Positions 20,145 through 49,619 of a stretch of 64,000 bases of DNA are shown piece by piece (positions within the stretch are counted from its first letter, which is position 1; each line of letters starts with the position of its first letter). The DNA is from the human T2T-CHM13v2.0 reference genome, Homo sapiens. Below the pieces are notes generated by a model. That model was not told the origin of the DNA, did not search any database, and saw only the letters and a program-made list of their open reading frames with translations. Where the stretch lies: assembly GCF_009914755.1 (NCBI RefSeq), contig NC_060943.1; one strand, 5' to 3'. The translations under genes and the position numbers were made by a program.

Positions 20145-22439
20145 TCACCATGTTTGCAGGAGCACTATTGGCACGGAAAAAAAAATGTTTTGTTTTGTTT
20201 TGTTTTTTCTTTTTGTTTTTGCCAGAGTCTTGCTCTTGTTGTCTAGAGCAACAAGACAACAAGTCTGTGGAGTGCAGTGGTACAATCTCAGCTCACTGCA
20301 ACCTCCGCCTCCCAGGTTCAAGCGATTCTCCTGCCTCAGCCTCCTGAGTAACTGGGATTATAGGCGCCCGACACCACGCCCGGCTAATTTTTTGACTCTT
20401 AGTAGAGACAGGGTTTCACCATGTTAGCCAAGCTGGTCTCGAACTCCTGACCTCAGATATCTCCCCGCCTCGGCCTCCCAAAGTGCTGGGATTACAGGCA
20501 TGAGCCACCACGCACAGCCAAAAATGTATGTTTCTAAAGAACAGCTTTGGGGTTTCAAAGAAATTGTGAAGGTCACAGGGTTTCCGCACAGTCCACACCC
20601 CACACCTGGTTTCTCTGACAATCTGTGTGGTGCAGTAGCATGTGCTGCTGTCTTTTTAAAGGATCCCCGAATCACTGCTGCAATGTAGAGGTGATTTTGC
20701 CATGAAGGATTCAGTTTGCTCCCACCCCTGACCCGGTGGGACACGTGGGCAGACCCCGGCCCGGGCACCTGTGCGCCAGAGCTGGTGGTTCCCTTCACAG
20801 AGGGGCAGACTGGGCTCTGGAGGCTGGGGGTGGCCTCGGTCACCGCCTGTGAAAGGCTCCCAGTTCCTCCAGCTCCAGAATTTTCCTGCCACTCTACAAG
20901 AAGAGACTGGAAGAGGGCGGGACTGGCAGAGAGGAAACCACAAAAACAGGATTGAGAGCAGCAGCTCAGAAGACAAGCTGTTCCTGGCAGGCGGCCGGGG
21001 GCAGGCAGCGGTCAGCGGGGGGGCCTGGCAGGGCTGGGCGGGGCTCGGTGCCACCCGGGAGGGAAGTGACTTGGCCTATGGCACCTCCCACACTTCCTAC
21101 ACACAAGCCAGGCTGGGCAAGGGACAAGGGCAACAGGCCAGGGAGCCCTGAGGATGGCCGGGTGGGGGCCGTCTGTGTGCCTTCATTCATTCATTCATTC
21201 AATCTGTTATGTGCGAGTTCACAAACTAGGACAAAGGAGGAGACAGCTGAGCTCAGCCCACCTTCAAGGGTGGCAGATGAGTAACCCAGGGCGAGGAACA
21301 TTCACGGATGGTCATGCGGCTGCAACACGGCCCGAGCTCCTAGGGAGCACCTCCAGAAGTGATCCCAGATCCGGGGGCTGAAGGGTGCAGAGGAGAAACC
21401 AGGTGCAGAGGATGTTGGGGAGGCCCCGCTGGAAGGGGGAGCAGGTGCATAGGCCCGGCATCCAGAAGGAGCTGGGGCTGGAGAAACTGAGAGGAGGGCA
21501 GAGTTTGAGGGGGAGGCTTGCCCCTCAATAATAATAATTATTATTATTATTAGAACCTAAACTAGGTGCCAGGGCAGCCAAGAGCACTTTGTTTTTGTGC
21601 TGTGGGCAATGGGGAGCCATGGGAGGTGTTAGAGTAGGGGTGGGCTGTGATTGGTTTTAAGTCACTAGGAGAAAAGAGGCAGAGGCAGGAATGGGGGCTA
21701 GAAGGTCAGCAAGGAGTCTGGGGCCTTGGCCTGGGGTAGCAGTAAGGGGGAGGACAAAAGTGGGGGTGATTTTGAGAGGAGACTTGGGAGTTGAGATTCA
21801 AAGGGTGTGATGGGGGGAAAGGAGGAGAAGACAGGGAAGACCAAAGCCAGAGAGAAGAGAGACCCTAGGGATGGGGCTGAAGAGAGAGAGCCGTCCCCAG
21901 CTCGGATGAGGCTCAGACAGGTTGGCCGCAGCACCCAGAGAAAACCTGGGAGCTGGGACCCTCTGGGTTTCTGGGGGCTGCCACTGTCCAGGGTAGAGGC
22001 CTGGCCAGGTCCCACCCTGTGGTCATCTGGCCCAGCCCTCTGTTTTCCAGATGGGGAAACTGAGGCCCAGGTTGGCAGTCATCTTGCCAGCCCCATAGCC
22101 CCTTTTCCAGGGGACAGCTCGGAACCTCGATTTCCAGTCTGTGCCTTGAGGCTGTGGGGGAAGCTAACGGAGGACCCTGAGCCCCTCCCTCCCACTGCAG
22201 CTGCAGAACAGGGCTAGAAGGACTTCATGGGTCATGGGGTTCAGTCGGGACTGTGGGGTAGCCACGAAGTGCCCTGCAGGGGGTGACAGACCCCCGGTGC
22301 CCGGCCCACCCTTCACCTCCCCCAGCAGTTAGCCCTGCAGGGCTGGGCCCGTCCTGGCCATGGCCGTGGTCTCTGCTCCACCTGGGTCTCCCCGGACCCT
22401 TCCTCCTCTAGGCCCAGCTGGAATCCACCACCCCCGGGG

Positions 22440-22953
<514 letters not shown>

Positions 22954-23224
22954 TGAGTGAGCCACCGCACCCGGCCAGGTGCTGAGTTTTATCACAGTAA
23001 AGCTGTTATCTGAAAAAATAAAATGCTGCCTGGGTTCCCTGTTGCCTTTGGGGTGCCGCCCCCTCCCCGGCCGTGGTCGGGTGTGTCCCCACACGGTGCT
23101 TACTCTCGCGCTCCAGCCTGTCGGTGTGCAGGTACCATAAGCTTCCTTCACCTCCTCACGCCTTCTCCCATGCAGGCTCCTGGGGCAGGGCAGGGAACCC
23201 TTCCGTCCCGAGCGCCATCTCTCT

Positions 23225-23610
23225 TGCCTCCAGCCCCCTCCAGGCCCAAACCCCGCCCCTCCAGACCGCAAGCCCCGCCTTTCCAGGCCCAAACCTGGCC
23301 CCAGACACAAGCCTCACCCCCACCTCCAGTTCATAAGCCCCGCTCCCTCCAGGCAAAAGCTCCGCCCCCCAGGCCATAAGTCTCTGCCTTCCAGGCCTCA
23401 AACCTCACCCAATACACAAGCCCCGCCCCGTCTGGGAACCTCCCCCAAGCCTCGCCCCTCCAGGCCCCAAACTTCGCCCCAGACGAGGCCCTAACCCTTC
23501 AGATTCCAAGCTCCGCCCACCAAGTCCAAGGCTCCGCCCCATATAATAAGCCCCACCCCCAGACGCCAAGCCTCGCCCCCTCCAGGCCTCAAGTCCCGCC
23601 CCCTCAGGCG
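23225..23610. repeat. Degenerate ~21-bp minisatellite made of GC boxes
   Basis: Repeating CCAGGCCC-AAG-CCCCGCCCC-like units; exact CCGCCC near 23253, 23362, 23423, 23513, 23534 and 23596. Confidence 0.75.
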
Positions 23611-23999
23611 ACGTCATCGGTTTCTTTCTTGCTGGGTTTTGTCCCTGCACTGCGCTACCAGCCTGTAGCTCACCTGGCTGCCCTTGGCTCCCGCTTGATG
23701 AATCCGGAAACTGAGGCACACAGTAGCCTGGATACAGCTGGGATTTCAGCCCAGGCTGGCCTCCTTAACCACTAGGCTTCGCTGTCCTCCTTCCGCTCCC
23801 GCCTCCAGGAAGCCCTTCCTGGTCTACACCCAACTCCAGGATCTGAGGTCAGCCCTTGGCCGTCCAGCTCATCTTCTCTGCCACCAGCCCCAGCACAGCG
23901 TCCTGCCTGCAACAAAAACTTAATAATGGCTGAGGGGGGTGAACCCTAAAGCAGGCAGGGGCCGGCCATGTGCAGAAGGTTACAATTACTAGGACTTGT

Positions 24000-26530
<2,531 letters not shown>

Positions 26531-26556
26531 TCAGGCACACAGCAAGTTTTTTGACT

Positions 26557-26562
26557 TTTATT
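26557..26562 (-). terminator. MKNK2: MKNK2 polyadenylation signal AATAAA
   Basis: TTTATT on + strand; downstream GU/U-rich element (CTGTGTGCCTGAGTTTTAGTTTT) on the sense strand. Confidence 0.85.
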
Positions 26563-26809
26563 AAATCTTTACAAAACAGAATACAAAATTCCGGCATTGA
26601 CAGTTGGTGTAAAGGAAAACTTCTGAGCTCCGTCAGTTCACCTGGTACATTGGAATTAAAGTGCTTGGATGTTTTTCCCCCACTTTAAAAAAACTTTTGA
26701 GGTTTTTTTTTTTTTTTTGTCTTTTAAAAACATCGTAACATTAACACATGGCCGTTCACCGTCCCCCAGCGATGGGAGCTGGCCTGGGGCCCAGGGTCCT
26801 CCAGGATCT

Positions 26810-26900
26810 TCACTCATTCACAGTAACGGTTCTGACCAGTCCTCCAGGTCGCACGTGGATGCGACAGGGGTGGGGAGGGAGGAGGAAGTGACTGTCCCAC
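26810..26900 (-). CDS. MKNK2: MKNK2 exon 14b, coding part (MNK2b C-terminus; distal 3' splice site)
   Basis: Acceptor T-run-CTGAAG| then WDSHFLLPPHPCRIHVRPGGLVRTVTVNE*, in the same phase as the exon 13 donor. Not in the ORF track. Confidence 0.93.
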
Positions 26901-28684
26901 CTTCAGAAAAAAAAAAAAAAACAAACAAACAAACGCTGCTAGCCACTCAGCTTTAGAGACCCGATGGCTATGGGCGCCTGCAGCGGGCGGGGGTCCATTT
27001 GCTTGTTCTTTGATACAAAAAGGCAGAGAATCCCCCGTTACGAAACATGGAATCACTGACAGGCGAGAAGTGATGGGGGAAAGGGGTGGGCGGAATGCCC
27101 CACCCCCCCCAGGGGTCTTTGGAAGGGGCAGTCCACAGATATGGGCAGTGGGGACCAGGGAAGGCAGAGCACCCCCACGGCCACCGGACTGTGACCATCA
27201 TACGAGATTCAGGAGGGGCAGCAGGGCCAGGCAGACGGTCTCCGAGGCCCCCACCCCCAGGCCCCCCGACATTCAAGTATTCTTCAAGAACAGGGAAGCA
27301 AAGTCCATCGATGTGTTGTTTTTTTTTAAGGAAAAACTAAAAAACTAAACAGGAGGAAGAATCCCGACCGCGGATTTAGAAGCCAGAGGGGCTGCCCCAG
27401 CTGTGGAGCTCGGGGGCTGCGCCGGGAAGGGCGGGCGGTGACCCTAGCCGCGCGCACTTCTAAAGTGGAACCCTGTATTGCATAGAACGTCCCCACCCGC
27501 GGGGAGGGGGCAGCAGGCTCCGCAGCCCCCGGGGGTTGGAGCATGGAGGGTGGGGGGACTGAGCAGACCCCCGCATTCCTGGGTGCCCGAAGGGAGGCCG
27601 AGGCCGCAGCCGTTTTCCTGAAGGTGGCAGACCAAAAACACTGCCCTGGGGGTGAGGATTCGGCCAGACCCCGGGGTCTGGGCTCAGCTCTAAGGACAAG
27701 GACGGAGCTGACGGAGCTTCCAGGTCAGGCCCGAGGGGCGGCGCGAGGCAGGACGTGGCTACGGTCAGACTGAGCCCTGAGAAGGGGCACTCGGGTGCCC
27801 CAAGGGGGTGTCTTCAGGACCCCCCACATTGGCTGACAGTGCCTGTCCAGCCCCTCTGCCTGCTGCGGTGGAAACGGCTTCGGGCCAGGCGGGGCTCCTG
27901 CTGTCTCAGGCCTTGGTGTGGAGGGGAGGGGCAGCGGCGAGCCCCTGGGGTCAGCTGCAGTTTAAGGTCAAGGTCGGAGGCCGAATCTGGCCACCAGGAG
28001 TCCTGGACAGACAGACGGGCCTTGCAGGAAGCCCCGATTGTCAACTATCATGGGGACAAGGCAGGCGCGGGTGAAGGGCTGGGGGATCCCATGGGGTGGG
28101 TGGGTGAGCTGCCTGCCACCTGCCTGCCTGACACCTCCAGAGACAGGCAGCCCCTCCCTTCCCCAACCAAGCCACCAGGGGTGCTCTCAGGGTGAGGGAT
28201 AGAGGGGAAGAGCCTGTCCCTGAAATACTGCGGGCTGGGAGGGAACACGAGGGCAGGGTCCTGTGCCCCTCCCCAGCTCTGCAAGATGGCAAACGCTGTG
28301 GGCCTGCTCTCCTGAGTCACTGCAAGCCACGTGGGCAGATGGCGGGCAGCACAGGTGACCTGGGGGCACCTTCATAGTAGAGGTGAGCAGGGCGGGGGAC
28401 CAGGGAGGGGACAAGCCCACCCACCTACCCTCTGCTCACCTTCCCGGGTGCCTGCAATGCTTTTAACCATCCAAAGGAAAAAATAACGGGGAGGGGTGGA
28501 AACAGGAAAAAAAAAAACCCAAAAGCAAAAACCTTCTATAAAACACCCCCCTCAGCTGAGCTTAGTGCCTGGGAATCCAGGCAGAGGAGGGGCAGCCCGC
28601 TGGACACCGGCTGGCGATAGCTTAAAAAACCTTTAGATTTGATTGGGGGACGGGTGACCTATGTACAGAGGGGAGATGGGAGGG

Positions 28685-39924
<11,240 letters not shown>

Positions 39925-40168
39925 CTTCTGTCCGGGCCCCGCCAGCGGGGGAGGGGACCGAGGGCCCGGGGGGAGGCCCGAGGGCGGGCGGCCGGGCGGG
40001 GGGCGGCCGAGGAGGGGACCCTGCGGGCGGGAGCAGACAAAGGGAGGGCGGTGAGCGGAGCCCGGCCTGCCAGGAGCGCGGACCGGGCGGGGGCGGCGAG
40101 GGCTCCGCGGGGCCCGTTTCCCGCTACCGGGTCGGTGTCCTCGGGGCCGCCCTGGGGTTCGCACTCAC

Positions 40169-40315
40169 CGGGGTCGGGCTTGGGCCGGGGCCGCAGTGCC
40201 GCCGCCGCCCCACGTCGCGCAGCCCGGACCCCGCTCCGCGGACCGCGCGGGGAACAGCGCCGCCGCCGCCGCCAGCGCGGACCCCTCTACCTGGGCCACC
40301 GCCGCTGAGAGGAGC
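40169..40315 (-). other. MKNK2: MKNK2 non-coding exon 1 (5' end approximate)
   Basis: Donor CCG|GTGAGT after 40169; TATAAA ~30 nt upstream of 40315. Confidence 0.8.
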
Positions 40316-41662
40316 CGGGCGCGTCGCCGCCGCCGCCACCTTTATAGGCCCGGACCTGCTCTGGCCCCGCCCCCGACGCAGGCTCCGCCCGGCCTCACCC
40401 CCTGCGCACGACGTGGGCGGAGCCAGAAGAGGGCGCTCTCCGGGAACCCAGTGCGGCTGCGCGCTCCGGCGGTGGGGCGTGTCCGAAACGGCTAGCGCAC
40501 GCCTGCGCAGTGCGGCGCACGGGGGTCTCGGTGCGGAACCTAGGCAGCGACCCTGCGGCGCGCCCGGAGCTGGCCTGTTTTTGCCGCCTGAGGCTCGCGG
40601 GGCCCGTGGGACCTGCGAGGCCCTGGGCCGTGTCCTACCGCCTGGCCCCACACAGGGCAACTCCCTTGGCCTGTCAACCCAGGCCTAGTATACCCCGACT
40701 CCCTTGGTTCATGCCCTCGCTCTAGAACCTGCCATGGCTCCCTCTTGCAGTTCTCCAGTGCTGGCTCCAGCAGTCCCCCTCGTGCACCACCAGCACGCTT
40801 GGAGTCCCAGCCACTCCCTTCTAGTGCTGGGGGACCAGCCACCGCCACCTACTTTCTTCTTCCCCTGGGCCACCCTGCCTGGGGAGCACTGAGCTCCCCG
40901 AGTTTGCTTTGTGGTTGGCAGGAACCAGAGTAGAGGGTGGGGACCGAGGTCTGTGAAGGACCCTTCCTCTGTCCTCGAATAGCATTTCAGGGAGAACTGG
41001 GACCTGAGACCCACTGGGAAAGAGCCCAAGGGGTGGATGGTCGCCAGGACAGGAAGTAAAACACAGTCCCATTTTGGCTGGGGCCCCAAACCAGGCTTAG
41101 ATAGAATCAGCCTGTCCTGAGCTGCCAGTCCCCCATCCCACAGCATCCTGGTTCAAAGTGCTCCCCAGGCCCCGGGCCTGGGGCACACAAGGAGTGGGGG
41201 TTCCCCTGCTGGGTGGACTGTGGTCTCCTCTTCTGCAGGGGTTTCCAGAAGCTTCGCACAGCCCATCCCACCATCCCCCAACCAGGCCCTGAGCTCAAGA
41301 GGGGCTGGAGCCCCACTGACCTGAAGCTGGAGGGCCCCTGCCTGCAAGGCCACAGCTCTCAGGCCACAGGGGCTGGGAGGCCTGGCCTCAGCCACCCCCG
41401 GGGCATTGGGGGGAAGCCTGTGGGGAATTCCCAGCCAGAACCCAGCCCAGCACCTGGCATTGCCCTGACTCTTGGCAATGGGGGGACAGAAAACCAGGTC
41501 CCCCAGCCCCCCTTATTGTGCATGTGGGTGCGTGTGAACACATACACGCACAAACACACGTTAGCTCCAGGTGCCAACTAGGGGTGGAGCTGCTAGACCT
41601 GCTTGCCTGGGCCTGGCTCACAGAGGGCGCCTAGTAAATAGTGCTTGGAGGAAAGGATAAGA

Positions 41663-41697
41663 GTGTGTGTGTGTGTGCACGCGCACACGCGCACGTA
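41663..41697. repeat. 35-bp perfectly alternating purine-pyrimidine tract (Z-DNA-prone)
   Basis: GTGTGTGTGTGTGTGCACGCGCACACGCGCACGTA. Confidence 0.8.
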
Positions 41698-41704
41698 GGG
41701 GTTG

Positions 41705-43050
<1,346 letters not shown>

Positions 43051-43585
43051 GGGACCATTTCGTGGTATGCGGCTGTGGCACACTGTCCTTGGTGCAGGTG
43101 TGGGGCTGTGTCCATCTTTCAGTGTGGACCGACATGGGTTCAACATTCACCCTGACCATGAGGAGCAGACCTGAACCAAGGCTCAGCCCATGCCTGGGCT
43201 CTGTGTCCAGCCAAGCTCAGGCACCAGACAGGAAAGGCTGATCTGGGAGCCAGGCCAGAGGGGCAGGTCTGTTCCCGGCACCATAGCCAGGCCCTGCCCC
43301 AGGTCCTGTCCTCTCCCACAGCCCCAGCAGGTGGGAGCCATCAAGAGCCTCATGCGGGCCGGGCGCGGTGCCACACGTCTATAATCCCAGCACTATGGGA
43401 GGCCGAGGCGGGCCAATCACAAGGTCAGGAGTTCGAGATCAGTCTGACCAACATGGTGAAACCCCGTCTCTACTAAAAATACAAAAAAAATGGCCGGGCG
43501 CGGTGGCTCTCGCCTGTAATCCCAGCACTTTGGGAGGCCGAGGCAGGCGGATCACGAGGTCAGGAGATCGAGACCATCCTGGCTA

Positions 43586-44650
<1,065 letters not shown>

Positions 44651-45117
44651 AGGGGATTTCACGGACCCTCCCAAGAAACTCTGCATCCCGTGATGCTCTG
44701 ACCTGGTGAGGTCCTGGGAGGCTGCACACATTGAAGTCCACACCCTGAGCAGGGAGAGAGAAAGGAGGTGAATCCCAGCAGTGGGGTTCCCCCTGGTTTA
44801 CGCTGTCTGCCCCATGGGGCGTTTATCCGATGTCTGGTGTGAGCAGGGAGAAAACTCAATATTTTCCAAATAATCGACAAGGGGTTTGTCAGCCTCAACA
44901 GTGTGGACGTTTGGGCGGGATTGTTCTGTGTGCTAGGGGCTATGCCAACAGGGATGGGGCCTTGGCACCCTCTCCTCTCCTTTCCTCCCCAACAGAGGCA
45001 GAATCCTCTCTAGCCGACCTTCTCCCTAGACCAGCCCTGGACAGGCAGACAGGCCCAGGCTGGGGGCGCGGGATGGCCAGTGGCCTCCGGAGAAGGGGAG
45101 GGTCGCCCACCTGCCTG

Positions 45118-45184
45118 TGTGGGCCGTGCCTGGCCCTGCCCTGCTGTGGGCCGTGCCTGGCCCTGCCCTGCTTTGGGCCGTGCC
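45118..45184. repeat. 27-bp tandem repeat, ~2.5 copies
   Basis: TGTGGGCCGTGCCTGGCCCTGCCCTGC twice, plus a partial copy. Confidence 0.85.
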
Positions 45185-45629
45185 AGCCCCTGGGGGCGCT
45201 ACCAGGCTGGCCACCCCTGCCAGCCTCGCCCCCTGCCCCCACCTCCACCCCCAGCTGGAGCCCTGGGAGGGAGACCCCCACCTGCCTTGGTGGGGGAAAA
45301 AGCCTGCCTGGTGGGAGGCAGGAAGCCTGGTCCGTGCCCCGGGTGACCGTCTCCTTGATCCTCCTGCAGTGTGGTCTGGGCTGGGGCAGTGAGGGTGGGC
45401 ACTAGCCGGCCCGGACGTGGGTGGGTGGGACAGGCAGGGCCTGGGGCCAGGACCGCAGGTCCATGACCCCAGTGCTGGTCAGCCAGCCTGGGAGGGAGCT
45501 CAGGGTTGCCCTGGGGGAGCACCAGAGTGAAGAGGAGGGCCTGGGAGACGCTAGCCCCAGAAGGAGGACAAACAGGAAATGAGGTGTGGCTGCGGACAGG
45601 AATCAGCATCAGCTGGAGCCGATCTCTGG

Positions 45630-45920
45630 CTCCTCTCCTCCCCTTCCTCCCTCCTTCCCTCGTCCCCTTCTCTCCTTCCTCCTCCCCTCCTTTCCTCCCC
45701 TCTCGGTCCTTCTCTCCCTCCTCCCCTCCTCATCCTTCCTCCTCTCCTCCCTTCCACCCCTTCTCTCCTCTCCTCCCCTCCTCTCCTCCCCTCCCCTCCC
45801 TCCCCTCTCCTCCTCCCCCCTCCTCCTCCCCCCTTCTTCCTCCCCTCCCTTCCTGCCCTCCTCCCTTCTTCTTCCTCCCCTCCCCTCCTCCCCTTCCCCC
45901 TCCTCTCTCCTTCCCTCCCA
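45630..45920 (+). repeat. ~290-bp polypyrimidine (CT-rich) tract
   Basis: Almost pure C/T with CCTC and CCCT units. Confidence 0.9.
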
Positions 45921-46247
45921 CTGCAGTTCAACCCCTGCCCCACCTCCAGCACCCAGCACCCAGCACCCGGCTGCACCACTACCAAATCCATAGCTGAAAA
46001 ATGCCCAATGCCCCCAGACACAAGGACAGAGACCCCCACTCCGCCAACGCACTGACATCCCTCCCACTCTCCAGTGGGCTCCCCCTGCTGCGTTCCTGGC
46101 ATGGCCACCACCCTGTACCGCACTGTCTTGCCTGGCCCTGGGGTGGCTTGGAATGGCTTCCAGATAACCTGGGACCTGGCCAGGGTGGGTGGTGGGGGGC
46201 AGCATCTCCAGCAGGTGGCTTCTTTTTTTTTTATTTTTATTTTTTGA

Positions 46248-46391
<144 letters not shown>

Positions 46392-47693
46392 TAATTTTTG
46401 TATTTTTACTAGAGACGGGGTTTCTCCATGTTGGTCAGGCTGGTCTTGAACTCCCGACCTCAGGTGATCCGCCTGCCTCAGCCTCCCAGAGTGCTGGGAT
46501 TACAGGCGTGAGCCACTGCGCCTAGCCTAGCAGGTGGCTTCTTTCTCTCTCCTAACCCCCCGGGTCCCCCACCCTGGAGCCCTCACCAGGCCTAACTTGG
46601 GGTTTGGCCGTGGCTTCCTCTTCCGGGAGGTCACGGCAGGGCCCAGCCAAGGCCCTGGGGCCAAGGTGAACCCGATCCTGGCTGGGAGGTGCTGCGGCTC
46701 CTTTAAGGAGGGGTCAGGACCTGCCCTGGACCCTGTGGGCCCCCCCAACCCAAGCTAGGCCTGGTGGCTTCTCCCAGGGCACCCCAGCCCCTCCTCACCT
46801 AGTCACCAGCTAGCCTCATTATCTGGGACAGGTGAGAGTTGACCCCAGCCCAGAACCTGCTTTGGGTGCACTTGGAGCAGGCCAGGCCCAGGGAGGTGCT
46901 GATGGAATGGAGCCAGAACTGGCCACACAGGTGGGTGACTGACCTGAGGGTGTGGTGGGTCGGGGGATGTGCTCCAGGACTCACCTGTGGCTGAGCTGTC
47001 TCTGCCCAATTTCTGGCTTTGACCCCGACGTACAGCCCCCATGGACACCCAGTGAGCACCCAGTGACCCGCACTGGAGATCCCAGCTGTCTGGGCCATGC
47101 TGGCCCCATGCCCCTCTCCTATAGGAGACCCCCAGTAAACCTAGCTTCTTCTCTGGCTGACCCGCCACTGGTCCCACCTCCCTCAACCTCCCAGGGCCCT
47201 GGCAGAGTGGCCTGGAGCACACAGAAGGTTCAGGGATGAGCTCGAGTTCCCTGCAGGCCGGCCCTGGGGTGACCCAGACCCCTGCGCCACCTCCCGCCCT
47301 CACGGCTACTTCCTAGGGTCCCACAGCCACTGGGTGGCACGGCCTTCCCTCCAGGACAGGGACAGACTCCTGCTTACTTCCTGGGACAACAGACGCCTTG
47401 TGACAGTGGAGGCCGCACCACCCACCCCACCATGAGACTCCAGCGGTGGAGGCCCAAAGGCTCAGCCTGCCCCGGGTCCTGCAGCTCCCTGGAGGCGACC
47501 TGTCCTGCCCCTGGTCTCGGAGCAGGCTTGGCCGGCCTCTGCCCAAAGGTGCACAGCCCCCGCTTCCTTGGGGGCAACCTGTCTGCCTCCTGCCAGCCTT
47601 TGAGCGCTTCCTCAATCTGTAGAGTGATTCTTTTTGCTTTTTTTCTTTAGTTCTGCAGAATGCAGGGCGATTTTCAGCCTGTGTGGCATGTAG

Positions 47694-48020
<327 letters not shown>

Positions 48021-49154
48021 TGACGACCTGGGACTACAGGCGCGCACCACCACGACAAGCTAATTTTTGTATTTTTAGTAGAGACGGGCTTTTGCCCTGT
48101 TGGCCAGGCTGGTCTGGAACTCCTGAGCTCAGGTGACCCACCCACCTCCACCTCCCAAAGCGTGAGCCACCGCGCCCAGCAACGCTCAGCTAATTTTATT
48201 TTCGGTAGAGATGGGGGGGTCTCAACATGTTGCCTAGGCTGGTCTTGAACTCCTGGCCTCAAATGATTCTCCCGCCTCAGCCTCCCAAAATGCTGGGATC
48301 ACCACGCCAGGCCCAGTTATTCACTGTTTATTTGCCATTCAAAGTTAGCTTGGTGTCCGTATTATATCAGACAACCCTACGGGGGCGGGGGGCGGTGACA
48401 ATAAAGACCTTTCCCCTACAACATAAAAAAAAAAAAACTTGGTGTGGGTACGAGTGTGAGCAGATCGGGGCGTGTGTCTGTGTGCCCGCGGAGGCAGGCG
48501 TCCCTGGGGGAGGCCCCAAGCCTAGGTCCTTGCAGGGTCAGCCATGGGCCCATGTGGGAGTGAAAGGTGGGGGTGGGCTGTGCACGCCTGTACACACTTG
48601 CAAGTGTAGTGGGTGGCACGAGAGACCACCTCACAGTTCCCACCTGCTTGGCTCTCCAGGGACCAGAACCACGGCCCAAGGGCCATCCCTTGCTATGAAG
48701 GGCCGTGGGCAGGGTCATTTCAGGACCCCTGCGGGGCTGAGAGCTCTGGCCATGGGGCCACGAGGCAGGAATATCTGATGTAAGTGGCCGCAAGCGTCCC
48801 TTCTTGCCGGCTGACTCACACTCACTCCACTCCAGTGGCTCGGCAGGCCTGCCTGGGGACACAGCCAGGGCCCGCGGTCCTCCAGTGGGGGCAGGGAGTG
48901 GGCAGGGCAGGTGTGGCCTGGAGCCTGGGGCTGCCTACCTGCCCGGGCTGTGGGTGTCTGGCCAGGAGCCCGGGGCAGCCATGGGGCCATCCACGCTGCT
49001 CTGACGGAGTGGCATCAGGAGCAGCGTGCATGCCCCACCTCCCTGGGGTTCAGCCCCTGCACAGTCCCCAAGGAAGTGTGGGGCAGGGCTGGCCCAGGAG
49101 ATGGCCAAAGGCCACCGCCCTGCCCCAGTGACCGTGAACAAAGCACTCCGCTGA

Positions 49155-49484
<330 letters not shown>

Positions 49485-49619
49485 TAGTAGAGACGGGGTT
49501 TCACCATGTTGGCCAGGCTGGTCTTGAACTTCCACCTCAGAAAATCCGCCCACCTCAGCCTCCCAAAGTGCTGGGATTACAGGCGTGAGCCACCGCGCCC
49601 GGCCACAAGGCCTTTTCAG

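Noticed and set aside
23225-23610. Possible CRISPR-like repeat-spacer look
   Set aside because: Units are degenerate and contiguous, with no unique spacers and no cas genes; eukaryotic context.
41614-41632. CTCF-like TGGCTCACAGAGGGCGCCT
   Set aside because: Mismatches in the 5' core; too weak to call without ChIP data.
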